Part shown: in pieces, positions 1 to 11,100 of the stretch | Position numbering within the stretch: position 1 is the stretch's first letter | Layout of the letters: the number at the start of each line of letters is the position of its first letter | Assembly (NCBI GenBank): GCA_903862655.1 | Contig: CAIOZA010000019.1 | Location: forward strand, 6,960 to 70,959 | Origin: an uncultured Ignavibacteria bacterium | Lineage (GTDB): Bacteria > Bacteroidota > Ignavibacteria > Kapaibacteriales > UBA2268 | DNA length: 64,000 nt | Reading direction: 5' to 3' | Program-made: the position numbers and the translations under genes | The notes under the pieces: model-generated | What the model saw: only the letters and a program-made list of their open reading frames with translations | Told to the model about the DNA's origin: nothing | Database searches by the model: none

Positions 1-434
1 TCTTTGCCTAAGATGGCTTCATCAGTTGTTTGAAAAACAATATCGTACTCTTTACTCATAACAATTGCCTCTTCGGGGCAAACTTCTTCACAGAATCCAC
101 AGAAGATACATCTAAGCATGTTAATTTCGAATTTGACAGGATATCTTTCTTTTATTCTATCTGTCTCACTAGCTTGTACTTCGATGGCTAGTGCTGGGCA
201 AACTCTTGAGCATAAACCACATGCGACACATCTTTCGCCATCGTCCTCATTAACGAGTACCGGTCTACCTCTGTAAGAACCCTGTGGCTCCCAGCGCACT
301 TCGGGATATTGCCGCGTCACCCTGGGTTTAAACATTTCAATAAAGGTCAGTCCCAATCCCCGTGCAATTTCAGGTATGTATAGTCTTTCCCAAAAATTCA
401 TTCTTTGGGCTTCTGTATTTGCAACTTTATTCAT
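1..434 (-). CDS. nuoI: NADH-quinone oxidoreductase subunit I, partial (C-terminus runs off the window edge)
   Basis: Minus-strand translation from the ATG at 432-434 reads [31 protein letters not shown]...[18 protein letters not shown]...[16 protein letters not shown], with two CxxCxxCxxxCP 4Fe-4S motifs typical of NuoI. It lies downstream of nuoH in the canonical order. Confidence 0.9.
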   Translation of the reverse strand, partial: MNKVANTEAQRMNFWERLYIPEIARGLGLTFIEMFKPRVTRQYPEVRWEPQGSYRGRPVLVNEDDGERCVACGLCSRVCPALAIEVQASETDRIKERYPVKFEINMLRCIFCGFCEEVCPEEAIVMSKEYDIVFQTTDEAILGK

Positions 435-487
435 ATCTCAGTCTCAATTATTTCAATTAAATTTCAAAACAATAAATAAATATTCAA

Positions 488-1534
488 TCATTTTAATAAC
501 AGCGAAACTATTCCTGTACCTGCAACATTAGCGATGGCAAGTGGAAGCAAAACTTTCCATCCCAAATTCATTAACTGATCATATCTAAATCTAGGTACTG
601 ACCATCTAACCCAGATAAAGAATAAAACCATGATTTCAATTTTTATAAAAAAGGAAACAAATTGAAGCAGAGCAAGGCCTATTGAACCTGGTTCAAACCC
701 AAACCATCCGCCTGGGACTAATGTTTGCCAACCACCAAAATAAAGCAAAACCATAATGGCAGATGAGGTGCCCATATTTGCATATTCAGCAAGGAAGAAC
801 ATTCCGAATTTCATCCCAGAATATTCAGTATTGTAACCACCAACCAACTCAGGTTCCGCTTCAGGTAAATCAAAAGGAGCTCTGTTTGTTTCAGCAAAGG
901 CAGCAACTAAGAACAAAATAAACCCCAGTGGTTGATAAATGATATTCCAATGATAGTTTGATTGTTGAATGACTATCTGGTTTATAGATAGAGTTCCTGC
1001 TACCATCAAAACTCCAACTAGAGCTAACCCCATTGAGAGTTCATAGGAAATCATCTGTGCAGTTGATCTTAATGCACCTAATAAAGAGTATTTATTATTA
1101 GATGACCAGCCTCCAAGCGTTATTCCATATACACCAACAGAAGTCATGGCTAAAACAAATAGTATTGCGATATTTGCATTAGGAGCAAGCCCTAATTGAA
1201 TATTTCTTCCAGCAATCGTAACATAATCACCAAAAGGAATCACAGCATAAACAGCAACTGCTACACCAAGAGTAATAATTGGAGCCAATCTGTGGAATGT
1301 AGGATTAGCTGCAGTAGGAACGAGATCTTCTTTTAAAAATAATTTCAAGACATCTGCAAATGGTTGCAGAAGACCGAATGGCCCAACTCTATTTGGTCCA
1401 ATTCTGTTTTGTATCCAAGCTGAGATTTTTCTTTCTAGATAAACGCCTAAAGCACCATAAACCAACATAATGAGGGTTAAGATGATGACAGCTTTAATTG
1501 TTGATTCTATTATTACCCACAAAAATTCGGACAT
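488..1534 (-). CDS. nuoH: NADH-quinone oxidoreductase subunit H
   Basis: 348-aa polytopic membrane protein with YLERKISAWIQNRIGPNRVGPFGLLQPFADVLKLF, the NuoH/ND1 signature. Sits between nuoG and nuoI. Confidence 0.9.
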   Translation of the reverse strand: MSEFLWVIIESTIKAVIILTLIMLVYGALGVYLERKISAWIQNRIGPNRVGPFGLLQPFADVLKLFLKEDLVPTAANPTFHRLAPIITLGVAVAVYAVIPFGDYVTIAGRNIQLGLAPNANIAILFVLAMTSVGVYGITLGGWSSNNKYSLLGALRSTAQMISYELSMGLALVGVLMVAGTLSINQIVIQQSNYHWNIIYQPLGFILFLVAAFAETNRAPFDLPEAEPELVGGYNTEYSGMKFGMFFLAEYANMGTSSAIMVLLYFGGWQTLVPGGWFGFEPGSIGLALLQFVSFFIKIEIMVLFFIWVRWSVPRFRYDQLMNLGWKVLLPLAIANVAGTGIVSLLLK

Positions 1535-1576
1535 AGGAATAACTTCATTTATTTATAAATTAATATTTGTCTGAAA

Positions 1577-3349
1577 TCAATTTGGCTTCATATAATGAGA
1601 CTGATAAATTCTTTTTTTTGCTTCAGGATTCGATGCTTTCATACATTTCAATCCCTGGAACTCATCAAGCAGCTCATAGGACATACTTTTGAACTGATCG
1701 TTGTGTTCAACAATAGTATTAAATATTTCTTCTGAAGATGTAAAGCTCCATCCAGCATTCATCATATTAGCTAATTGTTGAAGGATTCTCCAATGCTGTC
1801 GTGAACGCCTTAAATCATGTTGAGTCCAACGATCATTATCGGCTCCGAATTTGTCAAGCCTGCTCATTTTCATTCCCATAAATCTAAGGTTTTCAGCTGT
1901 TATAACTGCCGGCATAAAATGCTGAACTCTATTTTCGAAGTTTGTAAACGTTCCCTCTACCTCTGCAAAAGTTGAAGCAGGGAATACAATATTTGCTTTC
2001 TGGGTTACTACGGATTCATTTTGAGCATGAATAACGAATAATTCTAGTTCATCTAGAACAGATACTAACTCAGGAAATCTATCTAAAGAGTCATCAATAG
2101 TATATAATGCAGTAATCTCACCTGTTTTGATTTTAGTGACCAGGTTATCAATGTTGACATGGTGAGATCCTGGAGATACTCCAACGGCGAAAGCACCGGC
2201 TGAATTTGGAGTACGATCAATGGTTCTTAGTTTATCATCACAGAATAAATTATCTTCATACCTGAAAAAATCAAGGTTTTCAGTTTTTAATACTTTCTTT
2301 GCAAATAGAGAAAGAATAAAATTATCTTCGTTAGTTGCAAATGGAGAACCTAATATCATGATTTGCTTTGAATTAATAGCCGATATTTTCTGATTAGCAA
2401 CAGACAAAGCTTCCTGCCAAGTAGATGACTTTTGGTTACCTTCAAATGTGATTCTTGGTTCAGAAATTCTATTAACATTTGTATTTTGAAATTGTGTCAA
2501 TCTTCCATAATCACACATCCAGAACTTATTTACAAATGGATTGGCTTTGGGCTCTAATCTAAGAATTTCATTGTTTCTAACGCCTATTTTGATATTGCAT
2601 CCTCGAGAACAACCTGGACAAATTGAATCATTAAAGCTCATATCCCATACACGAGATTTGAATCTGAAGTCTTTGCTAGTTAATGCTCCAACCGGACAGA
2701 TATCTATAACATTCATTGAATAAGGGCTATCGAGCTCAGTACCTTCAAAAGTTTTTATAGTAACTTTATCACCACGCTGAACAAAAGTTAATACTGGTTG
2801 TTTGGCTACCTCATTAGTGAAACGAATACAACGCGAACAAGTAATGCAACGTTCACCATCAAATAACACATTCGGTCCCCATGAAACACGTTTGTCCTTA
2901 TGATTTTTTACATCATCAAATCTGCTCTCACCATTAGCATGAATAAATGAATACTCTTGAAGCTTACATTGTCCGGCTTCATCGCAGATTGGACAATCTA
3001 AAGGATGATTAATGAGAATGAACTCCATTACTGATTCTTGTGCATTCACAACAACTTCAGATTTTGTTCTAACATGCATACCATCAGAAATACCAGTAGC
3101 ACAGGCAATCTGCAATTTAGGCATGAAACCGATTAGATTTTTTCCATCATTATCTTTTTCAAATGAGCCATCTGGCATGCGTTTAGGCATCCCGACTTCT
3201 ACAAGGCACATACGGCAATTACCAGAAACAGATAACTCTGGATGCCAGCAAAAATGAGGAATATCCAATCCATTTTCGAAAGCAACTTCAATTATTGTTT
3301 TATTGGGTTCTGCTTCAAAAGTTTTACCATCAATCACAACATGAGGCAT
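1577..3349 (-). CDS. nuoG: NADH-quinone oxidoreductase subunit G (75 kDa subunit, short form)
   Basis: N-terminal 2Fe-2S ferredoxin fold (CWHPELSVSGNCRMCLVEV), His/Cys 4Fe-4S cluster motifs (CPICDEAGQC, CITCSRCIRF) and a truncated molybdopterin-like domain. Gene order is G-H-I. Confidence 0.85.
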   Translation of the reverse strand: MPHVVIDGKTFEAEPNKTIIEVAFENGLDIPHFCWHPELSVSGNCRMCLVEVGMPKRMPDGSFEKDNDGKNLIGFMPKLQIACATGISDGMHVRTKSEVVVNAQESVMEFILINHPLDCPICDEAGQCKLQEYSFIHANGESRFDDVKNHKDKRVSWGPNVLFDGERCITCSRCIRFTNEVAKQPVLTFVQRGDKVTIKTFEGTELDSPYSMNVIDICPVGALTSKDFRFKSRVWDMSFNDSICPGCSRGCNIKIGVRNNEILRLEPKANPFVNKFWMCDYGRLTQFQNTNVNRISEPRITFEGNQKSSTWQEALSVANQKISAINSKQIMILGSPFATNEDNFILSLFAKKVLKTENLDFFRYEDNLFCDDKLRTIDRTPNSAGAFAVGVSPGSHHVNIDNLVTKIKTGEITALYTIDDSLDRFPELVSVLDELELFVIHAQNESVVTQKANIVFPASTFAEVEGTFTNFENRVQHFMPAVITAENLRFMGMKMSRLDKFGADNDRWTQHDLRRSRQHWRILQQLANMMNAGWSFTSSEEIFNTIVEHNDQFKSMSYELLDEFQGLKCMKASNPEAKKRIYQSHYMKPN

Positions 3350-3523
3350 TTGACGTAATCTCCTTTCTAACTATTCGAGGCAACTTTGCCGTTCTATTCT
3401 CTTTTTAGATAAAAAATTGTTTAATCACGAACAGTAAAATTACAAAATTTTTAGGAGTTCTAAAAAAGGAACGTGATATATTATTGATCTTAGATTGAAC
3501 AAATGTAAAATTTTTAACTTTTT

Positions 3524-4264
3524 TTATGAAATATCAATATCAGATTCAATTAATCTCCAAATTTTCTGACAAGAAAAACTATTCTCATAAAATGGTTTAC
3601 CTATAATTAGAGAATCAACTCCATACTTATCAAATTCATTCATTTTAATTAAATCATGATAATCAGTAATATCAGCAGATAAAGTTATGTTCTTGACAAA
3701 GTGTTTTATTATATGAATATTTTCCTTAACATAGAACCTTCTATCCAGTAAATTGGTTTCTTTATAAATAACCCTCATGCCAACGAGAGAATGAATCTTT
3801 TCCAAATAATCGATCAATGGATAAGACTTATTTGAATAACTGAATTTTACAAAATTACCGAAAACAGGTACTGAGAAAATTATTCTGTGATTAGTGTATT
3901 TAAGAAGAAGGTTCCTTAGATCCCAAATATCATAATCATTAACATCATCTAAGACTAATCTATGTATGCCATTGTTTAGCAACTCATTGCAATGTTTAAA
4001 ATTATAGAAATGTGCCTGTAACTGAAATGGTAGAAAAGTAGCTTTGGTAAGTTTAAAAATATTTTCAAAATGATAATCTGGAGTTGAATATGAGTCAAGA
4101 TCAGTTACATGTATGGATTTTACATTTTCTTTTCTAAATAATTTACAGAGTTTTTCTGGATTATTTTCGATTTCTCTATAGAGCATTTCTGTGCCTTGCT
4201 CACCGATTATCTTGGTAACACATTTTCCATTAAATATTTCTATTGAAGGAATAATTAAAAGCAT
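3524..4264 (-). CDS. HisA/HisF-like (beta/alpha)8-barrel protein, divergent and probably non-canonical
   Basis: N-terminus IIPSIEIFNGKCV resembles the HisA IIPAIDL.DG.VVRL start. C-terminus GVDSLIIGKPFYEN resembles the HisA G..VIVGRALLEG C-terminal phosphate-binding loop. The internal GGG(V/I)R motif is absent and no his operon lies nearby. Confidence 0.5.
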   Translation of the reverse strand: MLLIIPSIEIFNGKCVTKIIGEQGTEMLYREIENNPEKLCKLFRKENVKSIHVTDLDSYSTPDYHFENIFKLTKATFLPFQLQAHFYNFKHCNELLNNGIHRLVLDDVNDYDIWDLRNLLLKYTNHRIIFSVPVFGNFVKFSYSNKSYPLIDYLEKIHSLVGMRVIYKETNLLDRRFYVKENIHIIKHFVKNITLSADITDYHDLIKMNEFDKYGVDSLIIGKPFYENSFSCQKIWRLIESDIDIS

Positions 4265-4269
4265 AAATC

Positions 4270-4869
4270 CTATCCTAATGCATATTTTAATGATTTTCTA
4301 ATCAATAAATCGATTGGCAATTTTTCATTAATATTTTCAGTGATTGCCTGTTTAACTGCCTTATCAGCCATTGCGGCATTATAGCCAAGAGCGATCATGG
4401 CTTTTACAGCTTCATCCCGAACAGAAAACTGAGTCATTGTTGAATCAACCTGACTAAATCTTCCAAGCTTGGATACTTTATCTCTCAATTCAACTATAAG
4501 TCTTTCTGCCGTCTTTTTACCAATCCCAGGCATTCTTTGTAATGAAAGAAGATTTCCAGTTATTATATACTCTTGAAGAGCAGCTGTTGTTACAGATGAC
4601 AGAATTCCCAATGCTATTTTGGGTCCAACACCCGAAACAGAAGTGAGAAGATTAAATGCTTCTTTTTCATCTGCATCAAAAAAACCATAGAGATTCAGAG
4701 CATTCTCCCTGGGAACGAGTAGAGTGAATAATTTTGCTTCCTGATTAATTTCAGGTAGTTTTTCACTTGTATTTATCGAAATTGACAATTCATAACCTAC
4801 ACCATTGCAATCAATTATTGCATCTGTTGGTGATTTTGATATTAAAATTCCACGCAAAACTGCTATCAT
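4270..4869 (-). CDS. ruvA: Holliday junction DNA helicase RuvA
   Basis: MIAVLRGIL...GVGYEL...LLTSVSGVGPKIALGILS helix-hairpin-helix domain; 199 aa; typical RuvA architecture. Confidence 0.9.
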   Translation of the reverse strand: MIAVLRGILISKSPTDAIIDCNGVGYELSISINTSEKLPEINQEAKLFTLLVPRENALNLYGFFDADEKEAFNLLTSVSGVGPKIALGILSSVTTAALQEYIITGNLLSLQRMPGIGKKTAERLIVELRDKVSKLGRFSQVDSTMTQFSVRDEAVKAMIALGYNAAMADKAVKQAITENINEKLPIDLLIRKSLKYALG

Positions 4870-4922
4870 ATTATCCTCCTGACTGCAAATTTACGTGGAA
4901 TTAATTTAAAATCAAGCTAAAA

Positions 4923-7900
4923 CTATCTCTTTATTAACTTTCTAATAATTATTTGATCATTAATATATATTTTAATCCAATAAATACCTGTAGGTTTCTC
5001 AGATAAATTAAGAACAAATAATTGATCATTAATAAGTCCATTGGAGCTTAAAATTTCAATTCCAAGAAGATCTGAAACAGTATATCTAAAGTTAGAATTC
5101 CCGATATTTGCTATAGCGATGGTAGCTTCTCCAGTTGTTGGGTTAGGATGTATAGAAATTCCAGTTACAAAACTTGGATCATTGACATCAGTTGTTATAA
5201 TTATTGGATCTGATTTCGCCGGACAACTGTTAGAGTCCGTTATTTGAACAGTATAATTGCCCAAAGTATTAATTATAATATTTCTTTTTGTTTCAGAACT
5301 TAACAATGTATCATTTAAATACCACTGATATGTTCTTGCGAATGAGGATTGTAGTTCTGTACTGGAAAGTCGGTCAATTATTGGTTTAGGTGGCAAAGGA
5401 TTTATTTTAATTTCTAGTTCATATTGAGCCCAGCAATCAGTACTTGTTTTGGTAACTACTTTGTAAATTCCAGGAAGCTTTACTTTAATCTTTCTCGTAC
5501 TGTCACCGGTACTCCATTGGTAAGAACTGAAACCAAGAGAAGCAGAAAGCTCAAGATTAATTGAATCACCTTCGCAAAGAGGATACTTACCGATTGGAGA
5601 TATTTTCAATGAAGGTATAACTGATTTTTCAAGAATTACAGCCTTTGATCTAACTACACAATTTCCATCACCTATAATTGAAAACGAGTAAGTTCCACTA
5701 GTTTTTACTATTATCGATTTTGTTGTTTCCCCAGTAGACCAAGCGACAGAGGCATCAGTTAAAGCAGTCAAAATAACGCTATCACCTTCGCAGATTCTCA
5801 TTTGAGAAGGAGCTTGAATATCAGGTTGAGGTAAATTACAGGTATTTAAATCAATTGACCAAAGACCTCTTCCATATGTACCGCAAATTAATTTTCCGCC
5901 TTTATAATCTATTTTAAGGTCAGAACAAATCACAGTTGGCATTCCAAGTCCATAGGGTTCCCAATATCCAGAGCTATAGTCTGAGTAAAAGACACCAATA
6001 TCTGTTCCAACATATAATCTGTCAGGAGAGTTTTTTTGAAAAACAATAGTATTCACGGGAAAATTAGGCATATTGCCGCTCAAATTCTTCCAGCTAGTTC
6101 CATTGTATTCATAGACTTTTTTTCCTTCAGAAAACCCACCAATAACGATAAAGATTCTTTTAGCATTATTTGGGTCAACTTCGATTTGTTGAACTGATCC
6201 TGGAATATTTGATATTGCTTGCCATAAACCACCATTATTATATGTAACCATGATCGATGAACCATTTGAAGCATAAATCGTATTAGTATCTGCAGGAGAA
6301 ATTGCTAATCTCTGCAATGTTCCAATCGCTAAAGAACCCAATTTCTTCCATAAGGAACCTCCGTCAACTGAACGCCAGACATTTGTATATCCTGTATAGA
6401 TTGTATTGGGATTGATTGGATTCATAACAATTGGTGTGATCCATCCCCCGTTCTCTTGAGTAATACTTGAGTTTAAGACTTCACCGAAAGATGAACCATT
6501 AACTGTTCTAAGAAAATCGCCATTCTGCATTGATACTATAGCTTTATTATAATCAAGCTGGTTTACAACACAATCCATTCCATCGCCACCATAAGCTTGA
6601 GACCATACTCCATCTTTAACTCTAAATGTACCATTATCCTGGCATCCGGTATAAGCAAAACCTGGATAGGTCTGAGCGGATGCAACACGATACATTTGAG
6701 ATATTGACAAACCCTTATTCAGATTAATCCATTTATTTTCAGGATTAGTAGCATAATCTAAGCCACCATCACTACCGCATAGTAAATAGCCGTCCTCAAG
6801 ATCAAATGTAAGATAATGAATATCGGCATGAACATAAGGTTTTGAGTATCCTCCATACCAATGTGTCGTCATACGCCAAGTAGTGCCTCCATCTGAAGAA
6901 CCCCAGATATTAATCCCACCAGCATATAATACTTCATCATCAGCAGGTGACACGGCTAATGCCAAATCGTACCAGGCTTGCCCGTAATACTTATCATTTC
7001 CAGTTCCTTGACCACTACCCATTATGTTTGGTGTTCCACCAGAAAGTGAGGATTTAATTGCCCAGGTTTTACCTCCATCAGCTGAGACTTGAATAGAATG
7101 GAAATATGATCCAGTTGCACAGAGCAAATAAACCAAATCAGTATTACCATAAGCAAAATCAATGCAGGTTCTTGTTATACCGGCTAAAACCTTAGTCTGG
7201 ACCCACGTTTCTCCAGCATCTTCAGATCTAAAAATAGCAGCATTGCCATTACCATTGTAAGTAGAAGCCAGAATGATATTTGGATCATCTCTTTTAATCT
7301 TTATATCTCTAAAATATGCACTTTGAACTACTTTGTTGCGCCAGGATTTGCCGCCATCAATGCTTTTGTATATTCCATCATTTGTACAGGCAATGACTAA
7401 GTCAGGATTACTTGGGAGTACAACAACTTTAGAGACAATTTTTCCATTACCTGGACCAAAAGAAAATGAAGTAGTAGCCCATGACTGACCACCATCAGTT
7501 GTCTTTAGAACACCTACAGAATAAGTCGAATAGGTTGTTCCTGTTCCATCGCAATCACCTGTTGCGACATAAGCGACATTAGGATTTGATTCTGAGAAAG
7601 CTATATCGGAAATACCCATAGATAAAATCTGTGTAAAAGGAAAAACTTTCCATGATTGTCCATAATCCTTGGATTGCCAGACACCGCCTGCTGCTGATCC
7701 AATCCATATTTCCTTTGCTGCATTAGGCTTAATCTTGACTACATTTATTCTGCCAATACCACCCTGATTATTCCCATCGCTTGGGTTTTTGAAAGGACCG
7801 GTCTGACTCCAGATTTTATCATTTCCTTGAGTTAGTTGATTAAATTTATTTTGATAGTTTTGATACTCATTCCAAAGTTCGATACCATTGGGAAATGACC

Positions 7901-8135
7901 CATCAAGATTAATTCTGGATTTCCAAAAATATTCCCATCTCTGGAATTGCTTCCAACCCTTTTTGCCCTTATTTTCGGGAGCAGTCCAATATGTGTTGAA
8001 ATTATTTTTCATGTCAAAGAAATTTAGATTTTCTGTTGATTTGAATTCGATAGCAGGCTGGGCGAAAGATTGGTTTACCAAAAACAAAGGTAAAAAAATC
8101 ATTACAATCAAATATTTAAGACAAGAAGTATGCAT
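4923..8135 (-). CDS. Secreted BNR/Asp-box repeat beta-propeller protein (sortilin/GH74-like) with Cys-paired Ig-like repeats and a T9SS C-terminal sorting domain
   Basis: Signal peptide. Multiple S-x-D-x-G-x-(T/S)-W Asp-box repeats (DGGQSW, DGGKSW, DAGETW, DGGKTW, DGGTTW, DGGSLW). Two repeats with the pattern CEGDS..L......YQWSTG. C-terminal Por_Secre_tail-like segment ending ...GIYWIKIYINDQIIIRKLIKR. Confidence 0.7.
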   Translation of the reverse strand: MHTSCLKYLIVMIFLPLFLVNQSFAQPAIEFKSTENLNFFDMKNNFNTYWTAPENKGKKGWKQFQRWEYFWKSRINLDGSFPNGIELWNEYQNYQNKFNQLTQGNDKIWSQTGPFKNPSDGNNQGGIGRINVVKIKPNAAKEIWIGSAAGGVWQSKDYGQSWKVFPFTQILSMGISDIAFSESNPNVAYVATGDCDGTGTTYSTYSVGVLKTTDGGQSWATTSFSFGPGNGKIVSKVVVLPSNPDLVIACTNDGIYKSIDGGKSWRNKVVQSAYFRDIKIKRDDPNIILASTYNGNGNAAIFRSEDAGETWVQTKVLAGITRTCIDFAYGNTDLVYLLCATGSYFHSIQVSADGGKTWAIKSSLSGGTPNIMGSGQGTGNDKYYGQAWYDLALAVSPADDEVLYAGGINIWGSSDGGTTWRMTTHWYGGYSKPYVHADIHYLTFDLEDGYLLCGSDGGLDYATNPENKWINLNKGLSISQMYRVASAQTYPGFAYTGCQDNGTFRVKDGVWSQAYGGDGMDCVVNQLDYNKAIVSMQNGDFLRTVNGSSFGEVLNSSITQENGGWITPIVMNPINPNTIYTGYTNVWRSVDGGSLWKKLGSLAIGTLQRLAISPADTNTIYASNGSSIMVTYNNGGLWQAISNIPGSVQQIEVDPNNAKRIFIVIGGFSEGKKVYEYNGTSWKNLSGNMPNFPVNTIVFQKNSPDRLYVGTDIGVFYSDYSSGYWEPYGLGMPTVICSDLKIDYKGGKLICGTYGRGLWSIDLNTCNLPQPDIQAPSQMRICEGDSVILTALTDASVAWSTGETTKSIIVKTSGTYSFSIIGDGNCVVRSKAVILEKSVIPSLKISPIGKYPLCEGDSINLELSASLGFSSYQWSTGDSTRKIKVKLPGIYKVVTKTSTDCWAQYELEIKINPLPPKPIIDRLSSTELQSSFARTYQWYLNDTLLSSETKRNIIINTLGNYTVQITDSNSCPAKSDPIIITTDVNDPSFVTGISIHPNPTTGEATIAIANIGNSNFRYTVSDLLGIEILSSNGLINDQLFVLNLSEKPTGIYWIKIYINDQIIIRKLIKR

Positions 8136-8164
8136 AATATCCTCTTTAAAGAAGTAAATAATTT

Positions 8165-11100
8165 TTAATTACTTTCTTTAATAATCTTGTTAATAGACGA
8201 ATTAAATTTGCTTTTTATGTTAACAAAGTAAACACCATCAGACTGCTCATTCAGATTGAGTATTGCTTCATTAACTCCTTCTTGAAGCTCAATAATACTT
8301 ACTTTTTGTCCGAAAATATTTGTTATTTCAATGATTGTTTTAGAATGACTTGGTGGCAATGAAATGTTAAACAATCCTTTACTTGGATTTGGTGAAATTA
8401 CTGCATTGTTAAAGTTTTCCGCTTCAATACCTGTTGTAATTATAAATTCATCTGACAAAGATTTACACCCATTAACGTCAGTGATTTCTACCTGATATTT
8501 CCCATTAGATTTCTGACTGTAGGATTGATTAGTTTCCCCGGTGAGAATTATTCCATCTTTAAACCATTGATAAGCAACAGCAGTTGATGATTTCAGAATT
8601 CCATTAGTCTGACTAATTGTCGGTTTAGCAGGAGCAGGCAACGATGTAAGTGTAATTGAATTGGTTGACGGCTTAACACATCCATCAATAGTAGTGCAAA
8701 CAACAGTATATGTTCCTGGTTTCAAAACTGTTATTTTTTTAGTTGTATCTCCGGTTGACCATTTATAATATTTATAACTAAAGCTATTGACCTGAAGATC
8801 GGCACCTACGCCTTCGCAGAAAGGGTTATTGCCAATTAGTTTGATATTATAATCAGCTGGGTTTGTAACAGTTACATTGATATCGGCAGATGTCGCTGAA
8901 CAGTTTTTCAAATCAGTAACAGTAAGATTAACTTTTGAACTTGCCTTCACCCAGATTGTCTTAGCAGTAGATCCATTAGACCACTTATAAGTTGGATAAC
9001 TATCCTTTGACTCAAGTTTTACACTGTCTCCAAAACAGAATTTAGTTTGACCGGTAACAATTAGTTCCGGAGCAGCTAAATTGCAATCATTAATTTTTGT
9101 TTCCCAAATTCCTCTACCATAAGTAGCCGCAAGCATTTTCGAGGTAGAATTGATGATTTTGAGGTCATTAACGATAACATTAGGCATTCCCTGGTTATAA
9201 GAATCCCATTGTGAAGATGAATTATCCCTGGTAAATACTCCGACATCAGTGCCTATATACAATCGGTCTAGAGAATTCTTCTGGTATTCGATGCAGTTTA
9301 CAGGTACATTCGGCAGACCTGCTGATAAGTTATCCCATTTTGTACCATTGTAGAAAAGGATTTTGTCAGTTGCTGAATAACCCGATAAAGTAACCCAGAA
9401 TTTTGATGGAGAACTTGGATGAACCATAATTGATGTTATATAATCCTGAGTTTGCCCAGCAGAAGTCCAAGTACCTCCACCTGAAGATGTTTTGTATATT
9501 TGATTGTATTTGCTAATATAGATGAAATTTGGATCTGTAGCTGATATTGCCATTGCATTAATTTTTATTGGAGTAGTTTCAGTAAAGTTTGAGATTTTTA
9601 CCCATGTTGAACCGGCATTTGTTGTCTTCCAGACATTCTGCATAGCTACATAAAGAATATTGGAATTTGTTGGATGGATAATATATGGAGTAACCCACGC
9701 TCCTTCCTCCTGAGTTCTATTAGAAGATATAATATTTGTAAAACTGTTTCCTCCATCTATTGATTTATTAATTTGACCATAGTATAAAGATGCATAAATA
9801 ATATTACTGTTGGTTTTGTCGATGATTGTTTCCATACCATCACCACCCATAATATTCTTCCAGTTAGTACCGTCATATTTATGAGTTCCATTATCTTGAG
9901 CGCCGGCTGTAATTATATTGGGATTTTGCTCTGACGAACTCAGACTATAGAACTGAGTTATCTGTAGCCCATTGCTAATGTCAGTCCAGTTTTTGCCCAA
10001 ATTTGTTGATTTATTTATACCCCCATCGGTACAGGCAAAAAGAACATTACTTGAATTAAAAGCTAACCAATGAATATCTGCATGCACCCATGGCAGGCCA
10101 AATCCACCTGTCCACTCTGCTATTGGGCTGAAGGCTTTGCCTCCATTTATTGATTTCCAGATATTAACACCTCCAATATAGACCTCATCTGAACTATTTG
10201 GATTAACAGCGATTGAAAGATCATATAATCCCTGAGCTGCTGTTCCTGAGCCATCAGCATAATAAGTTAAGTAATTTGGGGAAGTTGATTTATCTGAAAC
10301 CTTTAACCAATTAGTTCCGTCAGTAGTTTTCCAAACTGAATGAAAGTTGTAATCAGGCCATTCAGAACAAGCTAAAGCATATAATACCTTCGGTTGTGAT
10401 TTACAGGTTGCTAAATTTACTCGTCCTGCTCCATTTATTTCCAATTGAATAGCCAGATTACCGGCTGATTCAGTATATTTCCTTATTGAGTAAACATTGT
10501 TTGGTGAAATGAAAGTCCCATAAATATTTGTGGGGTCATCTGTTTTGAATTCCAAATCCCTACAAACATCTCCTGTAATCGATAACCATGAAGCACCACC
10601 ATCTGAAGATTTTGAAAAACCTTTATTGGATCCAACATAGACAAGATTTGCATTGGTTGGACTGATTAACAACCGATTAATCAAAACATTTTGCGAAATT
10701 TGATAACTCGATGAGGTGGTATTCCATGTCTGTCCAGCATCAGTTGATTTTAAAATTCCTATGCTATAGCTGAAATTAACTCCAAGAAAACCTGAAGATT
10801 CAGCGTCTCCGGTTGAAGCATATATAATATTCGGATTAGAAGGTGAGATTGCTATATCGGAGATACCAATTGATAGAACACCTGTTAAAGGAAGACTTGC
10901 CCACGAAGTACCTCCGTCAGTTGTTTTCCATATACCACCGGTAGCCGAGCCAACATAAATTATTGAATTATTGGTAGGATGAAAAGCAAGACAGCTTATT
11001 CTGCCGATTCCTGGTTGGGGCAGACCAGACGTTTGTGATGGTTTATTTGTTGGACCAATAATTTTCCAGTCAGCATTAGTCAACATTCTTGGAGATTGTT

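Noticed and set aside
2541-3257. Small plus-strand ORFs (2541-2723, 3012-3257) from the six-frame track
   Set aside because: They are entirely antisense to, and embedded in, the well-supported nuoG coding sequence; no independent signals; typical spurious antisense ORFs.
5041-8157. Short ORFs 5041-5247 (+), 6080-6274 (-) and 7888-8157 (+) inside or overlapping the first BNR-repeat gene
   Set aside because: They are embedded in a 1070-aa ORF with coherent domain structure. They are alternative-frame or antisense artefacts of low-GC sequence.
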